A DNA stretch of 64,000 nt from positions 1 through 64,000 of the forward strand of contig JBFLWF010000004.1 of assembly GCA_040758355.1 (NCBI GenBank), written 5' to 3'. This stretch comes from Nitrospirota bacterium (lineage in GTDB: Bacteria > Nitrospirota > Thermodesulfovibrionia > Thermodesulfovibrionales > Dissulfurispiraceae). A program made the position numbers and the translations under genes. A model generated the notes under the pieces. It ran no database searches. It had not been told where the DNA came from and saw only the letters and a program-made list of their open reading frames with translations. Numbering within the stretch: position 1 is the stretch's first letter; each line of letters begins with the position of its first letter. Positions 10,200-20,364 of this stretch are shown piece by piece.

Positions 10200-11168
10200 A
10201 TGCATCGCAGGTTTTTTGTGGTTTTATGTATTCTCGTAATCGCAGTCGGTTTTTTCGTTCACTTTCCAGAAAGTGCTTATAGCGGTGAATTGGCAGCAGA
10301 AAGTGTCGAGAAAGCATCTTCTACGCCTTGGTGGGTGTGGCCGTTAGTCTTGTTTGTCGTAACATTTGTTCTGGGAATAGTTGCTGTTCTGGGTGGTGTT
10401 GGCGGAGGAGTTCTTTTTGTGCCTATCATAGGAGGTTTTTTCCCGTTCCATCTCGATTTTGTAAGGGGTGCAGGTCTTCTGGTTGCTCTTGCCGGCGCAC
10501 TGGCTGCAGGCCCCGGACTTCTTAAAAAAGGAATGGCAGACTTGAGATTGGCCCTTCCTGTTGCCCTTATTGCATCATCCTGTGCAATTGTCGGCGCAAT
10601 GATCGGACTCGCACTTCCGGCAAATGTTGTCCAGACCGCCTTAGGTGCAACTATTCTGGGTATTGTTGCTATCATGCTTATTGCAAAGAAATCGGAATAT
10701 CCCGAGGTTAAACAGGCCGATGCCCTTTCCACTGCCCTCAGGATAAACGGCATATATTACGAGGTATCCACAGGACAGGAGGTTAACTGGAAGATACACA
10801 GGACACCTCAGGGGCTTGCAACATTCATCATAATCGGCGTTATGGCAGGCATGTTCGGGCTCGGTGCAGGATGGGCAAATGTGCCTGTATTGAACCTTAT
10901 GATGGGTGCGCCGTTAAAGGTCTCTGTTGCAACGAGCAAGTTCCTGCTCTCTATAACAGATACATCTGCCGCGTGGATTTATGTAAACAACGGTGCGGTA
11001 TTGCCGATGATGGTAGTTCCGTCTATCATTGGAATAATGCTCGGCTCTATCGTGGGTGTCAGGATCTTGGCAAAGACAAAGCCCGCAGCGATTCGATATA
11101 TGGTTATAGGCCTGCTTCTCTTTGCAGGGGCAAGGGCATTGCTTAAAGGTCTTGGAATCTGGAATTAA
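10200..11168 (+). CDS. TauE/SafE family sulfite exporter-like membrane protein
   Basis: GGVGGGVLFVP, GMFGLGAGW, ATS motifs. Confidence 0.85.
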   Translation: MHRRFFVVLCILVIAVGFFVHFPESAYSGELAAESVEKASSTPWWVWPLVLFVVTFVLGIVAVLGGVGGGVLFVPIIGGFFPFHLDFVRGAGLLVALAGALAAGPGLLKKGMADLRLALPVALIASSCAIVGAMIGLALPANVVQTALGATILGIVAIMLIAKKSEYPEVKQADALSTALRINGIYYEVSTGQEVNWKIHRTPQGLATFIIIGVMAGMFGLGAGWANVPVLNLMMGAPLKVSVATSKFLLSITDTSAAWIYVNNGAVLPMMVVPSIIGIMLGSIVGVRILAKTKPAAIRYMVIGLLLFAGARALLKGLGIWN

Positions 11169-11174
11169 TAAAAA

Positions 11175-11240
11175 CAGTGAATAGTGTCAGTTGTCAGTGT
11201 CAGAAAAAATGCTGACACTAATCACTGACACTGAACACTG
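11175..11240. repeat. Intergenic inverted array of short GTGTCAG/CTGACAC repeats
   Basis: cagtgaatagtgtcagttgtcagtgtcag ... ctgacactaatcactgacactgaacactg. Confidence 0.6.
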
Positions 11241-11257
11241 AATAAAGGAGGGATATT

Positions 11258-11674
11258 ATGGATAAAAAGATAAAGGCAACGGAAGAACAGCTTGCCTATG
11301 CAAAGATACTTGATATGGGGATGAAAATAGGATTGCTTGTCCTTATCATTACATTTATTGTTTATCTAACAGGGGTGCTTACCCCGCATGTGCCTGTAAA
11401 TGACCTTCCTAAATACTGGGGGATGTCGGTTCATAAATATCTTGAAACTACCGGCATCCATCCGGGATGGGCATGGCTCGGCATGATCGGGAAGGGCGAT
11501 TTCCTTAATTTCATAGGCATTGCATTCCTTGCCGGAGTGACTGCAATCTGTTATCTTGCCATTATACCGATATTATTCAGGAAAAAGGATACGGTATATG
11601 GAGTGCTTGCAATAATCGAGGTTTTGGTGCTGGTGCTTGCAGCTTCAGGGATATTGAAGGCAGGGGGCCATTGA
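11258..11674 (+). CDS. DUF1634-like membrane protein (TauE partner)
   Basis: Small 3-TM protein directly after TauE; typical pairing. Confidence 0.65.
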   Translation: MDKKIKATEEQLAYAKILDMGMKIGLLVLIITFIVYLTGVLTPHVPVNDLPKYWGMSVHKYLETTGIHPGWAWLGMIGKGDFLNFIGIAFLAGVTAICYLAIIPILFRKKDTVYGVLAIIEVLVLVLAASGILKAGGH

Positions 11675-11675
11675 C

Positions 11676-12539
11676 ATGGCAGTCCATAAGACTGATTTCA
11701 TGGGGAGGTTTAAATCGATCTTTCTCTGTACAGACGGTTCTGATTACAGTTCAGGTGCAATACACTCAGCAATAAATATAGCGCGTGAGTGTGGTCGGCC
11801 AAGGCTCACAGTCTTTCGCGCCCTTGAGTTCAATCCCGAGTTCGAAACAGAGGGTGCAAGGTTTGCGGAGAAAATAGAACTCCAGGCAAGGGAACACCTT
11901 GAGATGATAAGGGAGGCTGCTGCGGAAAATGATGTCGAATGCGAGGCTGTGGTAAGAAGGACGACAGAACCATGGAAGGCAATAATCGAAGAAGCCAAAA
12001 AGAGAAATGCGGACATGATAGTCATGGGAAGGCGGGGGATGACAGGACTCAAGAAGATCCTTATCGGAAGCCAGACATCAAAGGTTATAGCCTACTCCCC
12101 ATGCAATATACTCGTTGTGCCAAAGGATGCTGTAATGAAAGGAAAGACCCTGCTGCTTGCCACAGATGGCTCAAAATACAGTGAAGCAGCAGAAATGGCT
12201 GCCTTAAATATGTGCAGCAGGTGCACGGAGGAAGGGGTCTGCATTATAAAGGATTTTATTGCTTTATCGGTTGCAAAAACGGATGCCTTGCTCAATGAAG
12301 CAAAGGCAAATGTGGAGAAGGTCAAAGGGGATGCAGAAAAGAGAGGAATAAAGGCAGAACCACTCGCACGGGTTGGAAGGCCGTACGAGACGATATTAAA
12401 GACTGCGGAAGAAAGGAATGCAGACCTGATCGTAATGGGAACCCACGGCAGAACAGGAATAGACAGGGTTCTCATGGGAAGTGTGGCTGAAAGGGTAGTG
12501 GCCCTTTCTCACTGTGCGGTTCTTGTGGTTAAGGCATAA
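11676..12539 (+). CDS. Tandem-domain universal stress protein
   Basis: Two USP domains (TDGS; DMIVMGRRG..GS; DLIVMGTHGRTG..GSVAERV). Confidence 0.9.
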   Translation: MAVHKTDFMGRFKSIFLCTDGSDYSSGAIHSAINIARECGRPRLTVFRALEFNPEFETEGARFAEKIELQAREHLEMIREAAAENDVECEAVVRRTTEPWKAIIEEAKKRNADMIVMGRRGMTGLKKILIGSQTSKVIAYSPCNILVVPKDAVMKGKTLLLATDGSKYSEAAEMAALNMCSRCTEEGVCIIKDFIALSVAKTDALLNEAKANVEKVKGDAEKRGIKAEPLARVGRPYETILKTAEERNADLIVMGTHGRTGIDRVLMGSVAERVVALSHCAVLVVKA

Positions 12540-12542
12540 GAT

Positions 12543-14534
12543 GTGGACACCGAAAGTTATCTCTACATAGGTCTTTTATTTTTTCTTTCGGGTGCGGTTG
12601 TCTCACTACTGCCTCTCCAGAAAGTTAAAAACTACAGCTATATTTTTCCTGCCCTCGGTTCTGTAAGCTTTGCTTTGTTAAGCCTGTATTTATTGTTTGC
12701 CACGCCTGCGGATTTGTTTTCCCTGCCATTATCTTCCATATTTGAATTTTCCTTCGGCGGAGATGCAATCTCTGGATTTTTTGTTCTGACAATATCCATC
12801 CTCACCTTTGCCGTATCAGTCTATTCCATCGGATATACAAAAGATTTGAATAACAAAGGCTTGATGGGATTTCTGTTCAATATCTTTATCCTCAGCATGT
12901 ACGCAGTTATCCTTTCTGGAAATATCATTACTTTTCTTATTTCATGGGAGACCATGTCCATTGTCTCTTACTTCCTCGTAACCTTTGACAGGGAAGAAAA
13001 ATCAGCAAAGGCAGGACTTATTTATGCAGTGATGACGCATATAGGGACAGCATTTATTATTGCTCTTTTCCTTATGCTGTATAAGCAGACAGGCAGCATG
13101 AATTTCTCTGAAATGAAAGGCCTCTCTGCGCAAATTCCGGAGAACCTCAAGCATCTGATATTTATCTTCTCCATTATCGGATTCGGCACAAAGGCAGGAA
13201 TAATACCCCTTCACACATGGCTTCCGAAGGCGCATCCTGCAGCGCCTTCCAACATCTCATCATTGATGTCCGGAGTGATGATAAAGACAGGGATTTACGG
13301 ATTCATAAGGATAAGCATGGATATAATGGGACAGGGGCCTGAATGGTGGGGAATCGCAATAATTATAATCGGTGCGGTAACCGCTGTTTACGGTGTTTTG
13401 TTTGCCCTCATGGAGAATGACATAAAGAAGCTCCTTGCGTATTCCAGCGTTGAGAATATCGGGATTATCCTTCTCGGCATCGGTGCTTCGATGATATTCA
13501 AGAGTCACGGCCTTTATAATCTTTCTGCCATAGGTCTTATAGCGGCATTTTATCATGTATTCAACCATGCCATGTTTAAGGGATTGCTGTTTCTGGGTGC
13601 AGGCTCTGTCATGCATGCAACGCATACAAAGAATATGGAGAAGATGGGAGGCCTTATCAAATCGATGCCCTATACAAGTCTGTTCTTTCTCATCGGCTCT
13701 GTCTCCATATGCGCCTTTCCCCCGTTCAACGGCTTTGTGAGCGAATGGCTCACATATCAGTCACTGCTTCTTGGCTTTAAATCTCCATCAATTACATCAA
13801 AGATAGTATCGCCTCTTGGAGGCGCGGCGCTTGCCCTTACAGGAGCGCTTGCTGCTGCGGGATTTGTTAAGGCATTCGGCATATCATTTTTAGGGATGCC
13901 GAGGAGCAATCATGCAGAAAATGTCAAGGAATCATCACCAACAATGATAGCAGGCATGGCTTTTCTTGCAGTGCTATGCCTTATATTCGGGATATTTCCC
14001 GGTCTTGTGATAACGACGATTTCCCCTGCCTCATTTCCGATTACAGGCTCGCATGGCGTGTTGTCAGAAAAGGGCTTTCTGCATGTAGGAGAGACATTTT
14101 CTTCTCTTTCGCCCATGGCAATACTGATTACAATGGTTGTTATGTTCATCGCTACGGTTGTATTTATCCGTAATGTCGGCGGAAAAAGAAAAACTGCCTA
14201 TGGCGATTCATGGGATTGCGGAATTCCTTCATTAAATGCACGGATGCAATATACAGCCACGGCATTCATAAAACCGGTAAAGCTCATATTCAAGCGCATC
14301 TACCTTCCGAGAAGAGAGATTAAAGTTTCGTACATTGTTAAACCCTTCTTTGTGAAGTCCATAAAGTACAGCGGTGAAATAACACCATTCTTTGAGAGAT
14401 ACATCTATGAGCCTTTCACGGGCTTTATCCATAGAGTCGCAGGAAAGGTGAGGATGCTCCAATCAGGAAGCCTGCACCTATATCTCGGCTATATTTTAGT
14501 GACACTAATACTGCTTTTGATATTTGGAACATGA
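12543..14534 (+). CDS. hyfB: Hydrogenase-4 subunit B-like antiporter subunit (Ehr complex)
   Basis: WE, KAG..PLHTWLPKAHPAAPS, LAYSSVEN, NHAMFKGLLF, WDCG, RMQYTA. Confidence 0.85.
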   Translation: MDTESYLYIGLLFFLSGAVVSLLPLQKVKNYSYIFPALGSVSFALLSLYLLFATPADLFSLPLSSIFEFSFGGDAISGFFVLTISILTFAVSVYSIGYTKDLNNKGLMGFLFNIFILSMYAVILSGNIITFLISWETMSIVSYFLVTFDREEKSAKAGLIYAVMTHIGTAFIIALFLMLYKQTGSMNFSEMKGLSAQIPENLKHLIFIFSIIGFGTKAGIIPLHTWLPKAHPAAPSNISSLMSGVMIKTGIYGFIRISMDIMGQGPEWWGIAIIIIGAVTAVYGVLFALMENDIKKLLAYSSVENIGIILLGIGASMIFKSHGLYNLSAIGLIAAFYHVFNHAMFKGLLFLGAGSVMHATHTKNMEKMGGLIKSMPYTSLFFLIGSVSICAFPPFNGFVSEWLTYQSLLLGFKSPSITSKIVSPLGGAALALTGALAAAGFVKAFGISFLGMPRSNHAENVKESSPTMIAGMAFLAVLCLIFGIFPGLVITTISPASFPITGSHGVLSEKGFLHVGETFSSLSPMAILITMVVMFIATVVFIRNVGGKRKTAYGDSWDCGIPSLNARMQYTATAFIKPVKLIFKRIYLPRREIKVSYIVKPFFVKSIKYSGEITPFFERYIYEPFTGFIHRVAGKVRMLQSGSLHLYLGYILVTLILLLIFGT

Positions 14535-14535
14535 T

Positions 14536-15453
14536 ATGGAATATTTTCAGTTTTTGATAATAATTCTGTTTTCGCCGCTGGTTAACGGGGTTATAAAGAA
14601 ACTCAAGGCAAACATGCAGGGCAGGGTCGGGCCCGGCATATTCCAGCCCTATTTTGACCTGATAAGACTGTTTAAAAAGGATATGGTTATATCCAATGTG
14701 ACATCATGGATATTCAAGGCAACTCCATACATCGTCTTTATATCCATTATCGCAGCCTCTATGCTCGTCCCTGTCATAACCACAAAGGCATCTCTCGGAA
14801 TGATGGGAGATGTCATAGCATTGATTTATGTATTGGCCCTCGGGAGATTCTTCATGGCCCTTGCCGGCCTTGATGCTGGAACAGCCTTCGGCGGCGAGGG
14901 GAGCAGCAGGGAGATGACAGTGGCGATACTTGTAGAGCCTATGATGATGCTGAGCATATTCACCGCAGCAATATCAACAGGCTCAACGAATATAGCAAGG
15001 ATTGCAGAAACACATGGCATATTCTATTCGCCTTCGCATATCCTTGCCCTTTCTGCATTCATTGTAGCGATTATTGCAGAGACAGGAAGGATTCCTGTGG
15101 ATAATCCCGACACCCACCTCGAATTGACAATGATCCATGAAGGGATGCTGCTTGAATATTCGGGCAGATACCTTGCTCTCATGGAGTGGTCGCATTACAT
15201 GAAGCAGATACTTTTATTCACCATTGCAGCAGACATGTTCTTTCCATTCGGTATTGCGAATAATACAGAGGTTTCAGGGCTTGCCGTGTCGTCCGGTGTT
15301 TATATTTTAAAGATGTTTTTAATGTCGTTTTTAATGGCATTGATAGAATCGACGAGGGCAAAGATGAGGTTCTTCCAGCTTCCGTCGCTGTTAGGAAGCG
15401 CATTTGTCCTTGCTTTGCTTTCGCTTTTAACTTACATAATGATGGGGAAATAG
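14536..15453 (+). CDS. hyfC: HyfC/HycD (NuoH-like) membrane subunit
   Basis: QGRVGPGIFQPY, GSSRE, AETGRIPVDNP, HLELTMIHE; ATG at 14536 chosen. Confidence 0.85.
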   Translation: MEYFQFLIIILFSPLVNGVIKKLKANMQGRVGPGIFQPYFDLIRLFKKDMVISNVTSWIFKATPYIVFISIIAASMLVPVITTKASLGMMGDVIALIYVLALGRFFMALAGLDAGTAFGGEGSSREMTVAILVEPMMMLSIFTAAISTGSTNIARIAETHGIFYSPSHILALSAFIVAIIAETGRIPVDNPDTHLELTMIHEGMLLEYSGRYLALMEWSHYMKQILLFTIAADMFFPFGIANNTEVSGLAVSSGVYILKMFLMSFLMALIESTRAKMRFFQLPSLLGSAFVLALLSLLTYIMMGK

Positions 15454-15454
15454 G

Positions 15455-16114
15455 ATGAAAGGTTGGATTCAGGCATTTTCTGTGATTGATTTCTTATCTG
15501 TCGGGATACTCCTTACCGCTATAGCAATGAGTTCTATTAAAAGGCTTGAGTCATGCGTTAAGGCATATACCCTCAATTCATGGCTTCTTTCTCTGTTGAT
15601 TGCCATCGTTGCTTTCATGGTCGGAGAGGTGCATCTTTACATAGCATCCATAGTCACCATTTTAAGCAAGGGCATTCTCATACCAATGTTTCTCAGGAAG
15701 ATAGTCAGACAGATGAAGGTCACCCATGACGTTGAGCCTTACATCAGCAACGCCTTGTCTCTTACAATATCCGGGATACTTGTGGCTGTGGTATACGCAT
15801 CGTTAAAGGAAGGGATATTCGTTACGGGATTTTCAAAGAATGTCCTTCAGATATCCATTGCGGTGATACTTATCGGACTATTCATGATGATAACCAGAAG
15901 AAAGGCGATAACACAGGTGATCGGATTGCTCTTTATGGAAAACGGGCTCTTCCTTGCGGGCTTTTCCCTTACATTCGGGATGCCCACGATTATAGAGCTC
16001 GGGGTCTTGTTCGACATGTTGATGGGCGTGATAATACTCGGTATGTTTGCTGTGCAGATTAAGAGGGCATTTTCGTCTTCAGACCTCGACAAGCTGACGA
16101 CACTGAAGGGATGA
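15455..16114 (+). CDS. hyfE: HyfE membrane subunit
   Basis: RRKAITQVIGLLFMENG, ELGVLFD, L..LKG end. Confidence 0.85.
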   Translation: MKGWIQAFSVIDFLSVGILLTAIAMSSIKRLESCVKAYTLNSWLLSLLIAIVAFMVGEVHLYIASIVTILSKGILIPMFLRKIVRQMKVTHDVEPYISNALSLTISGILVAVVYASLKEGIFVTGFSKNVLQISIAVILIGLFMMITRRKAITQVIGLLFMENGLFLAGFSLTFGMPTIIELGVLFDMLMGVIILGMFAVQIKRAFSSSDLDKLTTLKG

Positions 16115-16132
16115 GAAATATGACCCAAGTTA

Positions 16133-16212
16133 AGCGATTTTATATGTCAGGCACGGCTCAAAGACGCTCTCTTTTCGCCGCACCTGACATATATTTCTAA
16201 ATTAGAATCGCT
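16133..16212. repeat. Intergenic palindromic element between hyfE and hyfF
   Basis: TATATGTCAGG (16141-16151) / CCTGACATATA (16183-16193) plus outer AGCGATT/AATCGCT. Confidence 0.55.
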
Positions 16213-16237
16213 CAATTTAGAATGGAGTGGTGGAGTA

Positions 16238-17731
16238 ATGATTGCGATACTTTTAATACCGATTGTCACGGCAGTTATATGCTATATGCTGAAGAGCCAG
16301 AAAATAATAGGCTATGTCAGCCTTACAGGTGCTGCTGCACTCACAATTTTTTCCATGCCTGCGATTGTTTCATCCATATCATCGCCCATCGAGATGATGA
16401 ACGGCATGCTCTATATGGATGCCCTTTCGGGCTATATTATGGCGCTGGTAATATTTTTAGGTCTTGCCTCTGCGGTCTATTCCATTGGATACCTTGAGCA
16501 TGAGTTGAATGTCGGGCTTACTGACATTACAGGAATGAGGAGGTATTATGCGCTGCTGCATTTGTTCATATTCACGATGCTTTTAGTAACAGTGGCAAAT
16601 AACCTCGCCCTCATGTGGATCGCCATAGAGGCGACAACCATAGTCTCTGCCGTGCTCATAGGCCTTGGATTTACAAAAAGGCAGCTTGCGATAGAGGCTG
16701 CATGGAAATATATAATTCTCTGCACTGTAGGAATTACATTCGCACTTCTCGGCACATTCATAACATACTATGCCTCAACCACTGTTATGGGAACAGAAGG
16801 CGCACTGAACTGGACAGTTCTTAAAGGCATTGCAGGTAAACTGAATCCTTCGACAATGAAGCTTGCATTTATCTTTGTCCTTGTAGGATACGGAACAAAG
16901 GCAGGGCTTGCGCCTGTGCACAACTGGCTCCCCGATGCCCACAGCCAGGCGCCGAGCCCCATAAGCGCCCTTCTCTCCGGAATACTTTTGAATACTGCAT
17001 TCTACGGCATTATCAGATTTGTATCCATTGTGGAGCCTTCAACAGGGAGTGCTTTTACAGGCAACCTTCTTATTCTTTTCGGGATTATCTCCATCGGCAT
17101 ATCTTCGATATTCATACTCGTTCAGGACAACTACAAGAGGCTTCTTGCATACAGCAGCATAGAGCATATGGGAATTATTTCCCTCGGTGTGGGAATAGGA
17201 GGGCCTGTTGGGCTTTACGGCGCGCTTTTGCATATCTTAAACCATGCCATTTCAAAGCCGCTCATGTTCTTCGCATCCGGAAAAATCCAATCCCATTACG
17301 GCTCAACAAGGATCGAGAATGTAAGCGGGGTGCTTTCATCGATGCCTCTCCTCGGAATGCTTACATTTATCGGTGCATTATCCCTTGCAGGCACGCCGCC
17401 ATTTAATATCTTTTTAAGCGAATTCACTATTTTAAAGGCAGGGGTGGATAAAGGCATGTGGCTTGTAGTTGCCTTGTTTCTGTTTTTTGTGGTGATCGTC
17501 TTTTATGGTATCCTTTCAGGATTTGGAAGGATGCTGTTTGGGAGCAGTCAGCCATTAGCCATCAGCCATCAGCAAACAGCTTTTACTGAAAGAGAGTCGT
17601 CAATTGCTAATGCGCTATCTAATACAGTAATGATTATAATGGCGCTATTTGTAATTGTCCTCGGGTTTAAAATCCCTGATTTTATAGACGGCACAATTAA
17701 AACATGCATTAATGTCCTTGGAGTTAAGTGA
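16238..17731 (+). CDS. hyfF: HyfF antiporter-like subunit
   Basis: EATT, EAAWKY, GYGTKAGLAP.H.WLPDAHS, LAYSSIEH, F.SEF. Confidence 0.85.
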   Translation: MIAILLIPIVTAVICYMLKSQKIIGYVSLTGAAALTIFSMPAIVSSISSPIEMMNGMLYMDALSGYIMALVIFLGLASAVYSIGYLEHELNVGLTDITGMRRYYALLHLFIFTMLLVTVANNLALMWIAIEATTIVSAVLIGLGFTKRQLAIEAAWKYIILCTVGITFALLGTFITYYASTTVMGTEGALNWTVLKGIAGKLNPSTMKLAFIFVLVGYGTKAGLAPVHNWLPDAHSQAPSPISALLSGILLNTAFYGIIRFVSIVEPSTGSAFTGNLLILFGIISIGISSIFILVQDNYKRLLAYSSIEHMGIISLGVGIGGPVGLYGALLHILNHAISKPLMFFASGKIQSHYGSTRIENVSGVLSSMPLLGMLTFIGALSLAGTPPFNIFLSEFTILKAGVDKGMWLVVALFLFFVVIVFYGILSGFGRMLFGSSQPLAISHQQTAFTERESSIANALSNTVMIIMALFVIVLGFKIPDFIDGTIKTCINVLGVK

Positions 17732-19299
17732 TGGAAAGGGTTCTTAATAAAGCAGTCAAATCAAGAGAACATCTGAACGAACTCTATATAGAGGTCAGAA
17801 GAGAAGACTTTAAGGATGCGTGTGTTTATCTTTATGAAAAGAAAAACGCTGTTTTACGCATGATGTTTGCAGCCGATGAAAGGCAGATTGATAATTCATT
17901 CAGAATATATGCTGTTTTTTCCATACCGGATGTAGATAAATTCTGTATAATTGCAATAGCATTAAAAGATAACGACCCCGTATTCCCATCGATGACCCCT
18001 CATATCCCTGCAGCCCACTGGTATGAGCGTGAGATACATGATATGTTCGGTTTAATACCAAAAGGCCATCCTGATCATAGAAGGCTTATATTGCATGATT
18101 CTTTTCCGCAAAACTCGTATCCACTAAGAAAGGACTGGAGCATTGCCGAGAGTGATTTGAAAGAATGGGGAGAGGGCATTAAACAAAAAGAGCCATATAA
18201 ATTCATGGAGGTTGAAGGGGAAGGAATCTATGAAATACCTGTTGGTCCTGTTCATGCAGGAATTATAGAGCCAGGCCATTTCAGATTCAGCGCAGTGGGC
18301 GAGACCATATTCTTCCTTGAGCCGAGGCTCTTTTATACGCACAAAGGAACCGAGAAACACTTCGAAGGAATGGGTTTTTCTGACGGAGTCAGGCTTGCAG
18401 AGAGGGTTTCCGGAACATCTTCTTTTTCCCACTCGGCTGCATACTGCATGGCAGTTGAGAGAATGGCAGACATCGAAATAACAGAGAAGGCAAAGGCAAT
18501 AAGAACACTTCTTCTGGAGCTTGAGAGACTTTACAACCATATAGGCGATATCGGCAATATGTGTGCTGGAACCGCCCTTCAAGTTGGATATGCAAGAGGA
18601 GCGGTTATAAAAGAAAGGCTGATGCAGCTCAATGAAAGGCTTACGGGGAGCAGATATTTGAGAGGAATAAACGTGATAGGAGGAGTAAAAAGAGATGTGT
18701 TTTTGCATTCGGATGATATCCTCTCAACAATAGATGCAGTCACAAGGGAATACAAGGATTTAATGAAATTGCTGCTCGGCTCGCTGTCTCATGTTGACAG
18801 GCTCGAAAACACGGGCAAGCTGTCAAAGGACATAGCACAAAAACTGGGAGTAGCCGGTGTTGCAGCAAGGGCATCAGGAATTAACGATGATATCAGAAAG
18901 GCGCATCCCCATCTTTTATACGACAGGCTTGAGTTCGAGGCGCACACTATGGCAAAGGGAGATGTCTTTGCAAGGATGATGGTGAGGGCAGAAGAGGCAG
19001 AGTGTTCCATATCGATAATCAATACACTTCTTGAGGTTAAACACAGAGGCGATTTGACTGCCGGAATAAAGGATATTCCAGAATATTCCTCTGCACTCGG
19101 TTATACAGAAACGCCAAGGGGATCGGTATTTTACTGGATGATGTCTGGTAAGGATGGAAAACCTCTGAGGGTGAAATTGAGGTCGCCGTCTTTTTGCAAC
19201 TGGCCTGCAGTGCCCTTTGCAGTGCACGGCAACATAGTGCCGGATTTTCCATTGTGCAATAAGAGCTTTAATCTGTCGTATTCGGGATGCGATATGTAG
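17728..19299 (+). CDS. HyfG/NuoCD-like large subunit lacking NiFe-binding cysteines (EhrL type)
   Basis: GPVHAGIIEPGHF; L1 site reads RVSGTSSFSH and L2 site reads NKSFNLSYSGCDM, so no CxxC pairs. Confidence 0.85.
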   Translation: MMERVLNKAVKSREHLNELYIEVRREDFKDACVYLYEKKNAVLRMMFAADERQIDNSFRIYAVFSIPDVDKFCIIAIALKDNDPVFPSMTPHIPAAHWYEREIHDMFGLIPKGHPDHRRLILHDSFPQNSYPLRKDWSIAESDLKEWGEGIKQKEPYKFMEVEGEGIYEIPVGPVHAGIIEPGHFRFSAVGETIFFLEPRLFYTHKGTEKHFEGMGFSDGVRLAERVSGTSSFSHSAAYCMAVERMADIEITEKAKAIRTLLLELERLYNHIGDIGNMCAGTALQVGYARGAVIKERLMQLNERLTGSRYLRGINVIGGVKRDVFLHSDDILSTIDAVTREYKDLMKLLLGSLSHVDRLENTGKLSKDIAQKLGVAGVAARASGINDDIRKAHPHLLYDRLEFEAHTMAKGDVFARMMVRAEEAECSISIINTLLEVKHRGDLTAGIKDIPEYSSALGYTETPRGSVFYWMMSGKDGKPLRVKLRSPSFCNWPAVPFAVHGNIVPDFPLCNKSFNLSYSGCDM

Positions 19300-19345
19300 C
19301 CTCGGGCTGTCGAAGCCGCGATGATGTCTTGTAACTATAATCCAG

Positions 19346-19374
19346 TTGCATAATCTTTTTCTCCATGATATCAT
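19346..19374 (+). promoter_or_regulatory. sigma70 promoter of hicAB, probably leaderless mRNA
   Basis: TTGCAT-17-TATCAT with TGn extension; ATG 6 nt after the -10 box; no SD. Confidence 0.5.
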
Positions 19375-19379
19375 AAACT

Positions 19380-19640
19380 ATGAGCAAAGCAGAAAAGCTG
19401 TTGCAAAGGTTTTTGACAAAACCGAAGGATTTTACTTTTGAGGAGCTTGTCAGGTTATTAGAATGGTTAGGTTATTCCGAGATAAAGACCGGAAAGACAT
19501 CTGGATCAAGGGTGGCGTTTTACAATGATAAACTGGATGATATGATTAAGTTTCATAGGCCACACCCTTCATCTACTATGAAACGGTGCTATCTGGCAGA
19601 GATTGAACGGCAGTTAAAAGACAAGGGGGTTATAAAATGA
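19380..19640 (+). CDS. hicA: HicA family toxin
   Basis: GKTSGSRV.F ... HRPHP motif; overlaps hicB start. Confidence 0.85.
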   Translation: MSKAEKLLQRFLTKPKDFTFEELVRLLEWLGYSEIKTGKTSGSRVAFYNDKLDDMIKFHRPHPSSTMKRCYLAEIERQLKDKGVIK

Positions 19641-19972
19641 GCGATGTGATGACTTATAAGGGTTATATAGGCTCCGTCCACTACAGCGAGGATGATGAGG
19701 TTTTTTACGGCAAGATAGAAGCCATTAACGACCTTATCATGTTTGAGGGCGAGAGCGTTAAAGAGCTTAAAAAGGCATTTTATGAGGCTGTGGACGATTA
19801 CCTTGATACTTGTAAAAAAGTGGGGCGTCATCCGCATAAGCCGTTTAAGGGCAGTTTTAATGTAAGAGTGTCTCCGGCTGTTCACCGTATGGCTGCTGTC
19901 AAGGCAAAAATGCTTGGGATGTCTTTGAATCAATTCGTGCAAAAGGCTATAGAGGAGAAGGTGACGGTTTAA
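19637..19972 (+). CDS. hicB: HicB family antitoxin
   Basis: YKGY.GSV, AVDDYL..C, P.KPFKGSFNVR, SLNQ (RHH). Confidence 0.9.
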   Translation: MSDVMTYKGYIGSVHYSEDDEVFYGKIEAINDLIMFEGESVKELKKAFYEAVDDYLDTCKKVGRHPHKPFKGSFNVRVSPAVHRMAAVKAKMLGMSLNQFVQKAIEEKVTV

Positions 19973-20116
19973 GCGTCCGAAATATTAAGCTTCAATTCAG
20001 ACATAATCAGCGGCACTGTTGAAAACTCAGCTTCGGATTTATATTGTTCTCATAGCCTTTGCTCAAGAACTCCTCTTTTCATGCTTTAGATATTCTGTTA
20101 AAGAATTTTAGCATAT

Positions 20117-20287
20117 TTACACCCACTCAATCTTAACCCTCTTCCCGCATCTCTTGAATTCAGGGTCTCCTGTTACGACTGTAGCATTTTTGATAATTCC
20201 GAGAGCGGCTGCAAAACAATCGGCATAGGCAACGGGATGCTGAGCTTTAAGTTTGGCAGCTTCAATGGTGATGTCCTTGATCCCATC
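20117..20287 (-). pseudogene. vapC: Truncated VapC/PIN toxin, C-terminal fragment
   Basis: Minus-strand translation ...DITIEAAKLKAQHPVAYADCFAAALGIIKNATVVTGDPEFKR...KIEWV*; in-frame stop upstream and no N-terminus. Confidence 0.75.
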
Positions 20288-20364
20288 TCATAATCCGTAA
20301 TCAATCATGCAAAGATATGATGGTAAATAAGAAAAAGCTATAGATAGTTTTGTATAATAGATAA

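Noticed and set aside
17728..19299. Functional [NiFe] group 4 hydrogenase
   Set aside because: Both Ni-binding CxxC motifs are absent and there are no hyp or protease genes.
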